A DNA stretch of 64,000 nucleotides from Rhodobiaceae bacterium. GTDB taxonomy: Bacteria; Pseudomonadota; Alphaproteobacteria; Rhizobiales; JAKPQE01. A program made the position numbers and the translations under genes. This document shows, one piece after another, positions 25,947 to 35,488 of this stretch. The notes beneath the pieces were generated by a model. The model was not told the DNA's origin, did not search any database, and saw only the letters and a program-made list of their open reading frames with translations. The stretch is from assembly GCA_028278505.1 (NCBI GenBank), contig JANQEG010000027.1, forward strand, positions 6,025 to 70,024, read 5' to 3'. Positions within the stretch are counted from its first letter, which is position 1; every line of letters starts with the position of its first letter.

Positions 25947-26821
25947 TAACCCTTAACGGCCCCGGCGGTCATGCCGGTGATGATCTGCTTGGAAGCGATG
26001 AAGGTGAAGATGATCGGCGGCACCGCCAGAAGCATCCCCGTCGCCATGATCACGCCCCAGTCGATATCATGCTCGGTGAGCGAATTCACGATCGTCACCG
26101 GCACGGTCCGCGTATTCCGGTCGAGCAGCGTGTTGGCGAGCAGGAACTCGTTCCAGGCGATGCGGAAGGTGAAGATCGAGGCCGCCGCCAGGCCCGGCTT
26201 GATCAGCGGCAGCACCACCAGGAAGAAGGTCTGGAACGGCCCGGCGCCGTCCATCTTGGCGGCCTCTTCGAGCTGGATCGGCACCTGGACGATGAAGCTT
26301 TGCAGGATCCAGATGACGAACGGCAGGTTCAGCGCCACATAGACCAGAATGATTCCGGCATAGGTGCCGTCGAGGCCGAACTGGTAGGTCCAGATACCGA
26401 ACACCGGCACCAGGAGCACCGCCGGCGGCACCATGCGCATGATCAGCGTCGTCAGCGAGATCGCGCCGCGCCCGACGAATTTGAAGCGCACGATCGCGTA
26501 GGCCGCCATGCAGCCGAGCACCAGGGTCAGGCCGGTCGAGATCAGCGCGACAAATATCGAGTTGCCGAGCGCGCGGCCGAAGGTCGGATCGCAATAGTCG
26601 ACGTGCTCCGGGGCATAGGGCAGCACGTTGCAGAGCACCGTTTCGTAGTTCCGGATCGTGGGGATGAAGAACAGGCTCGCGGTGTCGTCCATGATGTCGA
26701 CATTGACCCTGAACGAAGTGAGCAACATCAACAGGATCGGCGCGATCGACATCATCACCAGGGCGACGATGAGGGCGTAATAGGTCGGGTTCTGCCGGTC
26801 GTAGGGGGAAGCGGCGCTCAT
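25946..26821 (-). CDS. Carbohydrate (CUT1) ABC transporter permease
   Basis: EAA motif LEEAAKMDGA, AWNEFL. Confidence 0.92.
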   Translation of the reverse strand: MSAASPYDRQNPTYYALIVALVMMSIAPILLMLLTSFRVNVDIMDDTASLFFIPTIRNYETVLCNVLPYAPEHVDYCDPTFGRALGNSIFVALISTGLTLVLGCMAAYAIVRFKFVGRGAISLTTLIMRMVPPAVLLVPVFGIWTYQFGLDGTYAGIILVYVALNLPFVIWILQSFIVQVPIQLEEAAKMDGAGPFQTFFLVVLPLIKPGLAAASIFTFRIAWNEFLLANTLLDRNTRTVPVTIVNSLTEHDIDWGVIMATGMLLAVPPIIFTFIASKQIITGMTAGAVKG

Positions 26822-27735
26822 TTCACATCCTCCTCGGCCCGCTGCTGGACCCGCGCGGCGCGCGCCTCGACGGCCTTGTTGTAGAAGAACATGCCGAAGG
26901 TCAGGATCAGCAGCAGGATCAGCAGATAGTTCGACATGGTCGCGGCCACGCCGAGTTCGCGGAATTCGGATGCGGTGCGGGCGATGCGCAAGGCCAGGAT
27001 TTCGGTGGCGAGGCCCGGGCCCCCATTGGTCATCACCAGGATCACTTCCAGCACCTTGAACGCATCGATCAGGCGCAACAGGCAGGTGACGATCAGGACC
27101 GGCATCATCAGCGGGATCTTGATGTAGAGAACCTGCTGCCATTCCGAGGCGCCGTCGATCCGGGCGGCTTCGAGCGCCGATCGCGGCAGCGACTGCAACG
27201 CGGCGAGCGCCAGGATGAAGATGAACGGCGTCCACTGCCAGATGTCGGCGATCACAACGGAGGTGAACGCCCACCAGCTGTCGGAGAGCCAGGGGACCGG
27301 CTCCAGCCCCCAATCCTTGAGGGTGCGGTTGAAGATGCCGACGGTCGGGTGATACATGTAGCGCCACATCAGGCCGACGACGATCGGCGCGATCATCATC
27401 GGCAGGATGAAGATGGTCCGCAGCAGCGACATGCCGCGAATGTTGCGGTCGAGCAGCAGCGCCAGCCCGACGCCGATGACCATCTCCAGGACGACGACGA
27501 TCGAGGCGAATTTCAGCGTCACCCACATGCTTTCGTGGAAGCTGGCGTCCTCGGCCAGATTGCCGTAATTGCGCAGGCCGACCCATTCGGCCTCGCCGAT
27601 ATACTGGCTCGGATTCCAGTCCAGAAAACTGGCATAGATCATGTAACCGATGGGATAGAGCAGCGCCGCGGCGAGGATGACGATCGCCGGCCCGAGAAAC
27701 ATGTACGGGGTCAATTTGTTGAGGTTCATGACCAT
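26818..27735 (-). CDS. Carbohydrate (CUT1) ABC transporter permease
   Basis: WVGLRNY, WQWTPF, EAARIDGA, MTNGGPG. Confidence 0.92.
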   Translation of the reverse strand: MVMNLNKLTPYMFLGPAIVILAAALLYPIGYMIYASFLDWNPSQYIGEAEWVGLRNYGNLAEDASFHESMWVTLKFASIVVVLEMVIGVGLALLLDRNIRGMSLLRTIFILPMMIAPIVVGLMWRYMYHPTVGIFNRTLKDWGLEPVPWLSDSWWAFTSVVIADIWQWTPFIFILALAALQSLPRSALEAARIDGASEWQQVLYIKIPLMMPVLIVTCLLRLIDAFKVLEVILVMTNGGPGLATEILALRIARTASEFRELGVAATMSNYLLILLLILTFGMFFYNKAVEARAARVQQRAEEDVK

Positions 27736-27849
27736 TTTCCCATCAGAAACCGATCGGCAGAAAAGCGAATGGCGTCAATCGTGGCGCATTGCCTTTTGTC
27801 GGTGCCCCGCCGGGGCGGCCTGAGCCTCCCCGGCGCGGCGGTCTTCAGG

Positions 27850-29178
27850 TCATTGCCAGGTGTAGTATCCGGCCTCCATCAGGGTGTCCTTGGCCCGCTT
27901 GGCGACGCCATCAAGAGCCTCCTGAATGTCGAGATTTTCCGTCAACACCTTGGACAGGGCGGTGCCGAGATCGGCGTTGATCTTGCCCCAGACCGGGATG
28001 ATCGGGCGCCAGTCCGGATCGGCATATTTCAGCGCCTCGCCGAAGACCGGCATGTGCGGGAATTTCGCCACCACGTCCGGATCCTCATGGGTCGAGAACC
28101 GCGACGGGTTACCGCCGGCCAGCGCGACCAGCTTGTCACCCTTCTTCGAGGTCAGCCACTGCATCAGCAGGAACGCGGCTTCCTTGTTCTGCGCGTTCTT
28201 CGGAATGCCGATGCCGAAACCGCCGGTCTGCGAACCGCGGCGGACACCTTCCGGGTGCAGCGCCCATGCAACCTTGCCGACGACCTTCGACTTGTTCGGG
28301 TCGTTGATCTGGCCGGCCACCACCGTGGTGTCGAGATACATCGCCGTCTTGCCCTGGAGGAAGGAGTTGAGCGCCTCACCGAAGGCAAAGGAGGTCGCCC
28401 CTTCCGGGCCGCAGTCGACGATGGTCTTCAGCGCCTCGGCGGCCTTGACGCCGGCCTCGTTGTTGATGATCGGGTTCCAGTTGTCATCGAGGACCCGACC
28501 ACCGAGCGGCGCCAGATGGAGCAGGAAGGCGTGCGAGGCCTGGTGGCCGGAGGCTGCGCGCGAAGACACGCCGCCCATGCCGGGCTCAAGCTTCGGAATC
28601 TCGCAGGCCAGCTTCAACAGTTCGTCATAGGTCTCCGGCACCTTCAGATTGTGCTTTTCGAAGATGTCCTTGCGGTAGCCGAGGACCGACGTCTCCGAAC
28701 CGTAGGGAATGCCGAACAAGGACCCGGTCGGGCCCGGCAGATAGCCCTTCTTGCCGCCGGCAATGCCGATATTCTCCAGATAGCCGGTGACGAGGTCGTC
28801 CGGGTCGTAGCTCGGATCGGCGAGCTTCGGATTCATGAAGAAGCGGGCCAGGTTTTCGAGCTGATCGGCGAACACATAGTCGGCCTTGGAGAACACCACA
28901 TAGGCGATCAAATCATAGTCGCCCTTGCGCTTGGTCAGTTCCAGGGTCTGGCGCTCGCGCATCTTGAGGTACTGGAGCTGGTCGACCTCGACATTGATCC
29001 CGGTCTCCTTGGTGAATTCCGGCAGCACCTTGCGGACGGCGTCATAATGGGGGTGAGCCGGGAAGTTCACCACCAGGGTCGTCCCCTTGTACTCGTCATA
29101 GGGCCCGGCAAAGGCAAGGCCGGCCGACAAGGCCAGACCAGCCGCCCCGAGCAGCGTCTTTTCAAGGATGTTTCGCAT
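27850..29178 (-). CDS. Carbohydrate ABC transporter substrate-binding protein (family 1)
   Basis: Signal peptide, FTKETGINV, YRKDIFEK..LKVPETYDEL, NKEAAFLLMQWL. Confidence 0.9.
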   Translation of the reverse strand: MRNILEKTLLGAAGLALSAGLAFAGPYDEYKGTTLVVNFPAHPHYDAVRKVLPEFTKETGINVEVDQLQYLKMRERQTLELTKRKGDYDLIAYVVFSKADYVFADQLENLARFFMNPKLADPSYDPDDLVTGYLENIGIAGGKKGYLPGPTGSLFGIPYGSETSVLGYRKDIFEKHNLKVPETYDELLKLACEIPKLEPGMGGVSSRAASGHQASHAFLLHLAPLGGRVLDDNWNPIINNEAGVKAAEALKTIVDCGPEGATSFAFGEALNSFLQGKTAMYLDTTVVAGQINDPNKSKVVGKVAWALHPEGVRRGSQTGGFGIGIPKNAQNKEAAFLLMQWLTSKKGDKLVALAGGNPSRFSTHEDPDVVAKFPHMPVFGEALKYADPDWRPIIPVWGKINADLGTALSKVLTENLDIQEALDGVAKRAKDTLMEAGYYTWQ

Positions 29179-29251
29179 TGATTTCTCCCTTCCTGTTCAG
29201 ATCGCTTCGTTTCGTCATGACTATTCTTAAATTATTGATATAATTACATAT

Positions 29252-30334
29252 TCATAGTCTGAGCTCGGTTTTGTTATCGAAAAGAAGGACGTCCTGGGGC
29301 GCAACGCTCATCGTCACCGTCTCGCCGCTTTCCGGGTTTTTGCCGCTTTCCGTTTCCACCAGGACTTCGGTGTCGCCGACCATGCAGATCAGCACGGTGT
29401 TGGAGCCGAGATATTCGGTGAGCTTCACATTGAGGTCGATCGTCGACCCGGCATGGGCGCCGGGTCGGATGGCGAAGGGCCGAACGCCGACCGTCACCGA
29501 TTTGCCGCGGTGACCGTTCAGGCGGGCCGTCTGTTCGTCGCTCAGATCGAAGGCAAAGCCGGTGCCGACCGCCTTCACCCGGCCGTCGACCTCGCTCAGT
29601 TCGCCGTCGAGGAAGTTCATCGCCGGCGTTCCGATGAAGCCGGCCACGAATTTGTTCGCGGGGTTTTCGAACAGCTCCTGCGGCGCGCCCTGCTGCTGGA
29701 TGATGCCGCCGGAGACGACGACGATGCGGTCGCCGAGCGTCATCGCCTCGATCTGGTCGTGGGTGACGTAGATCATGTTCTTGTTGAGCATCTTGTGCAT
29801 TTCGGCGAGTTCGGTGCGCATCTTGGCACGCAGCTTCGCATCGAGATTGGAGAGCGGCTCGTCGAACAGGAACGTCGAGGCATCGCGCACCAGCGCCCGG
29901 CCCATGGCGACGCGCTGGCGCTGGCCGCCGGAGAGTTCGGCCGGTTTGCGGTGCAGATATTCGGCAAGGCCCAACATGGTTGCGACGTCGCGGACCTTCC
30001 TTTCGATCTCGTCCTTGGGTCGACGTTCCAGCCGCAGCGCAAACGACATGTTCTTGGCGACGTTCATATGCGGGTAAAGCGCATAATCCTGAAACACCAT
30101 CGCCAGATCCCGGTCCTTCGGCTCGAGATGGCTGATGGGCTTGTCGTCGACATAGATCTCGCCTTCGGTGACGGTCTCCAGACCGGCGATCGTGCGCAGG
30201 ATCGTCGACTTGCCGCATCCGGAAAGGCCGACCAGCACGGTGAACTCGCTCTCTTCCATTTCGAGATTGATGCCGTGCAGCACCTGCACGTTGCGGAATC
30301 TCTTGACGAGGTTCTCAAGCCTGATTTTCGGCAT
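29252..30334 (-). CDS. CUT1 ABC transporter ATP-binding protein (MalK-like)
   Basis: GLSGCGKS, LSGGQRQRVA, FDEPLSNLD, YVTHDQ, TOBE tail. Confidence 0.94.
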   Translation of the reverse strand: MPKIRLENLVKRFRNVQVLHGINLEMEESEFTVLVGLSGCGKSTILRTIAGLETVTEGEIYVDDKPISHLEPKDRDLAMVFQDYALYPHMNVAKNMSFALRLERRPKDEIERKVRDVATMLGLAEYLHRKPAELSGGQRQRVAMGRALVRDASTFLFDEPLSNLDAKLRAKMRTELAEMHKMLNKNMIYVTHDQIEAMTLGDRIVVVSGGIIQQQGAPQELFENPANKFVAGFIGTPAMNFLDGELSEVDGRVKAVGTGFAFDLSDEQTARLNGHRGKSVTVGVRPFAIRPGAHAGSTIDLNVKLTEYLGSNTVLICMVGDTEVLVETESGKNPESGETVTMSVAPQDVLLFDNKTELRL

Positions 30335-30369
30335 TTCCGTGTCCCTTGTTCACGCCCGGCACGTCTTAT

Positions 30370-30383
30370 TGTTATCGATAACG
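30370..30383. promoter_or_regulatory. GntR operator TGTTATCGATAACG
   Basis: 35 bp upstream of the ABC ATPase start. Confidence 0.78.
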
Positions 30384-30499
30384 TTTCTGGCCGGTCCCGT
30401 CGTGTTTGCCGTTGCTCCCTGAGCCGATCGGCTCCGTCCCATCTGTCCGCTGTTCCTGTCGGCCGTTGCCGACCGTGGTGGTTGCGGCGCCGAAGCGCT

Positions 30500-31537
30500 T
30501 CACGAGCTTTCGCGCATCACCATTTCGACCTTGGTTTCGATATGCTGCGGCGGCAGCGCATGGGCGTTGCCCGTCTTGGCTGCGTCGAGCACTTTGAGGA
30601 TCAGTTGCGCTGCCGCACTGCCGAGCCGCCACGGATCGACGGCAACGGTCGAAAGCGGCGGCGTCGAATACTGCGAGATCTCGAAATTGCCGAAGCCGGC
30701 GACGGCGATGTCGTCGGGAACCTTGCGGCCGCTCTCCAGGACTGCGCTCATGGCGCCGAACGCGGCCGGGTCCGAGACGCAGAACACGCAATCCGTATCG
30801 GGATATGTCTCCATCAGGATCCGGCCGGCCTCGGCGCCGGTGGTGATCGAAACGGGAGGCGTCTTGTGGCGCACCAGCCGGTGCGGCGAGAGACCCGCCT
30901 CTTCCATCGCCGCAACGAAGCCGGCGCGGCGGGCGGCGCCGCGGGTTCCGGCATCGTGCGCCTCGCCCAAAAAGGCCAGTTTCCTGTAGCCCCGGTCGAT
31001 CAGGGCGCAGGTCATCTGCCTGGCGGCATCGAAATTCGAAAAGCCGACCGTGTGCTCGATTGGACGCTCCGGCGTCTCCCAGATCTGGACAACCGGGATC
31101 GAGGCCTTTTTCAGAAGTTCCTCGGTGCGCTCGGTGTGGCCGTCATAGGACAGGATGATCGCCTCGGGGCGCCGGCGCAGCATGAGCTCGATCAGCTCTT
31201 CTTCCTTGTCCGAGCAATAGTTGGTGTAGCCGAGAAGGATCTGCAGGCCGACCGTTTCCAGGGTCTCGGTCAAGGCCTGGACCGTCTGGGCGAAATGAAG
31301 GTTGTTGAGCGAGGGCAGCAGCACCGTCACGAAGCCCGACTTCTTGGAGGACAGGCTGCCCGCCGTCAGGTCCGGCACATAATTGAGCTTGCGCACGACG
31401 TCCAGAATGCGTGTCCGGGTCTCTTCGCTGATCGGGCCGTCCTTACGCAGCGCGCGCGACACGGTCATGGTCGAGACGCCTGCCGCCTTGGCGACATCGC
31501 TCATCCGCACCGTTGGATTGCCCTGTGGTTTCGTCAT
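30500..31537 (-). CDS. gntR: LacI-family regulator, gluconate repressor GntR/IdnR type
   Basis: MSDVAKAAGVSTMTVSRAL, LLPSLNN, VVQIWE, VGFSNF, VAGFG; context. Confidence 0.85.
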   Translation of the reverse strand: MTKPQGNPTVRMSDVAKAAGVSTMTVSRALRKDGPISEETRTRILDVVRKLNYVPDLTAGSLSSKKSGFVTVLLPSLNNLHFAQTVQALTETLETVGLQILLGYTNYCSDKEEELIELMLRRRPEAIILSYDGHTERTEELLKKASIPVVQIWETPERPIEHTVGFSNFDAARQMTCALIDRGYRKLAFLGEAHDAGTRGAARRAGFVAAMEEAGLSPHRLVRHKTPPVSITTGAEAGRILMETYPDTDCVFCVSDPAAFGAMSAVLESGRKVPDDIAVAGFGNFEISQYSTPPLSTVAVDPWRLGSAAAQLILKVLDAAKTGNAHALPPQHIETKVEMVMRESS

Positions 31538-31598
31538 GATCCGATCCTGCCGGTCCTTCCTGGTGCCGGCCTAAGTGTCCTTTCGTCTAAGCGCGCCG

Positions 31599-33029
31599 CT
31601 ACATCCACTCCGTATGAAACGTTCCCGGCCGATCCAGCCGCTCATAGCCATGGGCGCCGAAGCAGTCGCGTTGCGCCCGGATCAGGTTGGCCCATGAAGT
31701 GGTCTGCCGATAGCCGTCGAAATAGGTCAGCGCCGAGCCGAGCCCGGGCACCGGCATGCCGGCGCGCACCGCCGACTGCACGGTCTGCCGCCAGCCGTCC
31801 TGAACTCGGGCCAGGATTTCCGCAAAATGCGGCGCGCACATCAGGTTCGAAAGATCACCGTCGTCGCTATAGGCTTTCGCCACGTCGTCGAGCAGCGCGG
31901 CGCGGATGACGCAGCCATTGCGCCAGACGGCGGCGACGGCGGCCAAGTCGATCTGCCAGCCATGCTCGCGGCCGCCCGCCTCGATGAGCGAAAGCCCTTG
32001 CGCATAAATCGCCACGAAGGCGCCGAGCAAAGCCTGGCGGAGCGCCTCGATCGCAGCATCATCCGCAGCGATGCCGATAGCGGAAGACGGCCCGAGCAGG
32101 ATTTCAGACGCCGCGACGCGCTCGTCCTTGAACGACGCCATCGCCCGGGCGAATACCGCCTCCGAAATCGTCGATGTGGGTATGCCAAGCGCCAGCGCAG
32201 TCTCGGAACTCCAGCGTCCGGTCCCCTTCTGTCCGGCCTTGTCAAGTATCGCCTCGACCAGCGGGCCCGAGCCGAAATCGTCGGGTTTTTCAAGGATGTT
32301 TCCGGTGATCTCGATCAAATAGGACGACAACTCGGTGTCGTTCCAGCACCTGAAAATGCCGGACATGTCGGCGTGATCGAGACGGAAGAGATCGCGCATC
32401 AGCCCATAGGCCTCGGCGATCGCCTGCATGAGGCCGTATTCGATGCCGTTGTGGACCATCTTGATGAAATGGCCGGCGCCGCCTTCGCCGAGCAGCGCGC
32501 AGCACGGATCACTGCCGAAGCGGGCGGCGATCGCCTCAAGCATCGGTCGTGCCTGCGCGTAGGCCTCTGTGGAGCCCCCCGCCATCAGCGCCGGGCCATG
32601 CCGCGCCCCGTATTCACCGCCGGAGACGCCAAGCCCCAGAAAGCCGATCCCGTCGGCCGCCAAGGCCGCTTCGCGCCGGATCGTGTCGTGAAAATGGGAA
32701 TTCCCGCCATCGATCAGGGTGTCGCCGCGCACCAGGAGCGGCGCCAGTTCGCCGAGCACCGCATCGACCGGATCGCCCGCCTTGACCATGATCAGAATGG
32801 TCCGCGGCGTCGGCAGCGCGCCGACCATTGCCGGCAATTCGTCGAAAAGCGCGATATCGGGAGGATTTTCGGCATCGAGAATAGCGGCGAAACCGTTGCG
32901 CGCCTCGGCCCAGGTATCAAAGGCGGCGACGCCAAATCCGGCGTCCGCGAAGTTCAGAGCCAGGTTTCGGCCCATCACGCCCAATCCGATCAATCCCAGC
33001 ATTTGTGCAGCCATGATGCTGCTCCCCAT
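31599..33029 (-). CDS. gndA: NADP-dependent 6-phosphogluconate dehydrogenase (decarboxylating)
   Basis: GLGVMG, MVKAG, IDGGN, GVSGGEYGA, KMVHNGIEY, QKGTG, AQRDCFGAHGY. Confidence 0.93.
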   Translation of the reverse strand: MGSSIMAAQMLGLIGLGVMGRNLALNFADAGFGVAAFDTWAEARNGFAAILDAENPPDIALFDELPAMVGALPTPRTILIMVKAGDPVDAVLGELAPLLVRGDTLIDGGNSHFHDTIRREAALAADGIGFLGLGVSGGEYGARHGPALMAGGSTEAYAQARPMLEAIAARFGSDPCCALLGEGGAGHFIKMVHNGIEYGLMQAIAEAYGLMRDLFRLDHADMSGIFRCWNDTELSSYLIEITGNILEKPDDFGSGPLVEAILDKAGQKGTGRWSSETALALGIPTSTISEAVFARAMASFKDERVAASEILLGPSSAIGIAADDAAIEALRQALLGAFVAIYAQGLSLIEAGGREHGWQIDLAAVAAVWRNGCVIRAALLDDVAKAYSDDGDLSNLMCAPHFAEILARVQDGWRQTVQSAVRAGMPVPGLGSALTYFDGYRQTTSWANLIRAQRDCFGAHGYERLDRPGTFHTEWM

Positions 33030-33069
33030 GATCCGCCGATATCGTCAACCGGTCCGAATGCCGACCAAA

Positions 33070-33085
33070 ATGTTATCGATAACAT
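33070..33085. promoter_or_regulatory. GntR operator ATGTTATCGATAACAT
   Basis: Perfect 16-bp palindrome upstream of gndA. Confidence 0.82.
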
Positions 33086-33253
33086 CGTTCATATGCAAGC
33101 GAAAAATCGCCGCGAGATGATCCCCGATCGTCATCCGCAAAAAAGCGGATTTCCGCGCGCGGGCCGTGCTGCCACACCACACGACACTTTTGGGACTATG
33201 GTCACTACCGTCTTGATTTGCGGCTAATCAGAGAAAGCTGACATCCGCCCTAT

Positions 33254-33367
33254 CCCCTCACCCGGCCCTTCGGGCCGACCTCTCCCCAGAGGGGAGAGGT
33301 GAGGTTTTTCAAGGCGTTGCAGCTTTCGTGCCCTCTCCCCGCCGGGGAGAGGGAAAGGGTGAGGGGG
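33254..33367. repeat. CCCTCACCC/CTCTCCC..GGGAGAGG REP-type doublet
   Basis: Inverted palindromic units; related copies at 38524-38634, 50840-50888, 51208-51297. Confidence 0.8.
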
Positions 33368-33468
33368 CTGAGATCGCCGTCTTGATCCGCACATCCCGCG
33401 TGGTGATGACAGCCGTGTCGTGTAGCGTGCCGCGATGCGCCAACGCGAAAACCCGACGGCAACCGGTC

Positions 33469-34503
33469 TCAGCCGAAGCTGAGCTGCACCTTCATGGATT
33501 CCGAACGGTCTCCCGCGGCCTCGAACGCCGCCACCGCATCCTCGATCGGAAAGACGCCGGTCAGAAGCGGCGCGAGCGGGATGCGCCCGGCGCCGATCAA
33601 TTCGACCGCCCAGGCAAATTCCTCGTGGAACCGGAACGATCCGCACAGTTCGATCTCCTTGGCCACAAGGACGTTCTGCGGGATCGACACGTCGCCGCCA
33701 AGGCCGAGCTGAACGAGGCGGCCGCGCGGCCGGATGACGTTAAGCGCAGACGTCAAGGCCGCCTGATTGCCCGAGGCTTCGACAACGATATCGAAAGTTC
33801 CCTTGCCCTCGGCGAATGTGTCGAGTTCCGAAGCGTTGCTCGCGACATTGATTGTGGTATCTGCGCCGACAGCGCGGGCGCGCTCCAGGGCGGCGTCGAC
33901 GACATCGGTGGCGACGACCTGCAAGGCGCCGTGGGATTTGGCAACCGCCACGACCAGCGCGCCGATCGGCCCGGTTCCGGTGACGAGCACGCGCCGGCCG
34001 ATCAGCGCGCCGGCGCGGTTCACGGCGTGAAGCGCAACCGAAAGCGGCTCAGCGAAGGCGGCGTCCCGGGCGCTGACAGTGTCCGGCAGTTTGTGGCACT
34101 GCCAGGCCTTTGCCGTCAGGGCTTCGCGGAACGCCCCCTGGACGTGCGGGAACCGCATGGCGCTGCCGTAATAGCGCATGTCGAGGCACTGGTTGTACAT
34201 CGCCCGCCGGCAGTATTCGCAATCTCCGCAGGGCCGGCTCGGATTGACCGCCACCAGATCGCCGACGGCGATGTGCTCGACCGCAGCCCCCGTTTCCGCC
34301 ACCCGGCCGGCGACCTCGTGACCCAGGATCATCGGCTCGCGAATGCGGATCGCGCCGAAACCGCCGTGATTATAGTAGTGAAGGTCGGAACCGCAGATTC
34401 CGCCCGCCTCGACGCGGACCAGAACCTCGTCCGGCCCGACCGGCGGCGTTTCCCGGTCTTCGATCCGCAAATCCTTGGCCCCAAAGCAAACGACCGATTT
34501 CAC
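33469..34503 (-). CDS. idnD: L-idonate 5-dehydrogenase
   Basis: GGICGSDLHYY, LGHE, structural Zn Cys cluster, GSAMRFPHVQG, GSFRF; GTG start. Confidence 0.9.
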   Translation of the reverse strand: MKSVVCFGAKDLRIEDRETPPVGPDEVLVRVEAGGICGSDLHYYNHGGFGAIRIREPMILGHEVAGRVAETGAAVEHIAVGDLVAVNPSRPCGDCEYCRRAMYNQCLDMRYYGSAMRFPHVQGAFREALTAKAWQCHKLPDTVSARDAAFAEPLSVALHAVNRAGALIGRRVLVTGTGPIGALVVAVAKSHGALQVVATDVVDAALERARAVGADTTINVASNASELDTFAEGKGTFDIVVEASGNQAALTSALNVIRPRGRLVQLGLGGDVSIPQNVLVAKEIELCGSFRFHEEFAWAVELIGAGRIPLAPLLTGVFPIEDAVAAFEAAGDRSESMKVQLSFG

Positions 34504-34653
34504 TTGAAAAATCCTTTCCCGCAGGCGGCGTCTCGGCAGCTCTACTCGATGCCAGAGAACGCACCGTCGCCGTCCGGCGCCCTCTTCGGCCGGCGCTGCC
34601 GGATCGTCCGGTTCGCGTCGCCGACAGCTTGACAACAGCCGCACTCTTGCTTC

Positions 34654-34669
34654 ATGTTATCGATAACAT
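34654..34669. promoter_or_regulatory. GntR operator ATGTTATCGATAACAT
   Basis: Perfect palindrome between divergent idnD and idnO, downstream of TTGACA. Confidence 0.82.
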
Positions 34670-34717
34670 CGAAACATGCAAGCGGTTTCTGAACGCGGTC
34701 TTTGAAGGGGGTGCGCT

Positions 34718-35488
34718 GTGACATTGAACAAACTGTTCGGGCTTTCCGGTCGCCGCGCCCTGGTGACCGGTTCCGGCCAGGGCATCGGCTTCGAGCTCGC
34801 CCGCGGGCTCGCCGAAGCCGGGGCGGAGATCATTCTGAACGACATCGACGGCATCCGGCTCAAAACAGCCGCCGAAAAGCTGCGCTGCGAAGGCGCGACG
34901 GTGCACGAACTCGGTTTTGACGTCACCGACCCCGACATCGTCACCCGGACGATCGACGGCTTCGAAGCCGAAGCCGGCCCGATCGACATCCTCGTCAACA
35001 ATGCCGGCATGCAGTTCCGCGCCCCGCTCGAAGACTTTCCCGTCGACCGGTTCGACTTCATGATGCGGCTGAACATCAACGCCGCGTTCTATGTAGGTCA
35101 GGCCGTCGCGAAACACATGATCGGGCGCAAGCGCGGCAAGATCGTCAACATCTGCTCGGTGCAGACGGCGTTGGCGCGGCCGTCGATTGCGCCCTACACC
35201 GCCTCGAAAGGCGCGGTCGCCAATTTGACCAAGGGCATGGCCACGGACTGGGCCCGCCACAACCTTCAGATCAACGGCCTGGCGCCGGGCTATTTCAAGA
35301 CCGAGCTCACCTCGGCGCTGGTCGCCGATCAAACGTTTACCGCCTGGCTCTGCACCCGCACGCCGGCCGGCCGCTGGGGTGATGTGAGCGAGCTTGTCGG
35401 CGCCTGCGTTTTCTTAAGTTCCGAGGCTTCGAGTTTCGTCAACGGACACGTTCTCTATGTCGACGGCGGTATCACCTGTTCGGTTTGA
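34718..35488 (+). CDS. idnO: Gluconate 5-dehydrogenase (SDR)
   Basis: TGSGQGIG, NNAGMQFR, SVQTALAR, YTASK, APGYF. Confidence 0.9.
   Translation: MTLNKLFGLSGRRALVTGSGQGIGFELARGLAEAGAEIILNDIDGIRLKTAAEKLRCEGATVHELGFDVTDPDIVTRTIDGFEAEAGPIDILVNNAGMQFRAPLEDFPVDRFDFMMRLNINAAFYVGQAVAKHMIGRKRGKIVNICSVQTALARPSIAPYTASKGAVANLTKGMATDWARHNLQINGLAPGYFKTELTSALVADQTFTAWLCTRTPAGRWGDVSELVGACVFLSSEASSFVNGHVLYVDGGITCSV

Noticed and set aside
29272-29285. Fifth GntR operator TGTTATCGAAAAGA
   Set aside because: Two mismatches and inside the ATPase coding sequence; possible weak site upstream of the SBP but unsupported.
29453-31909. 818-aa ORF and other long antisense ORFs (e.g. 60540-62774, 27349-29181)
   Set aside because: Shadow frames opposite well-supported genes, common in high-GC DNA.
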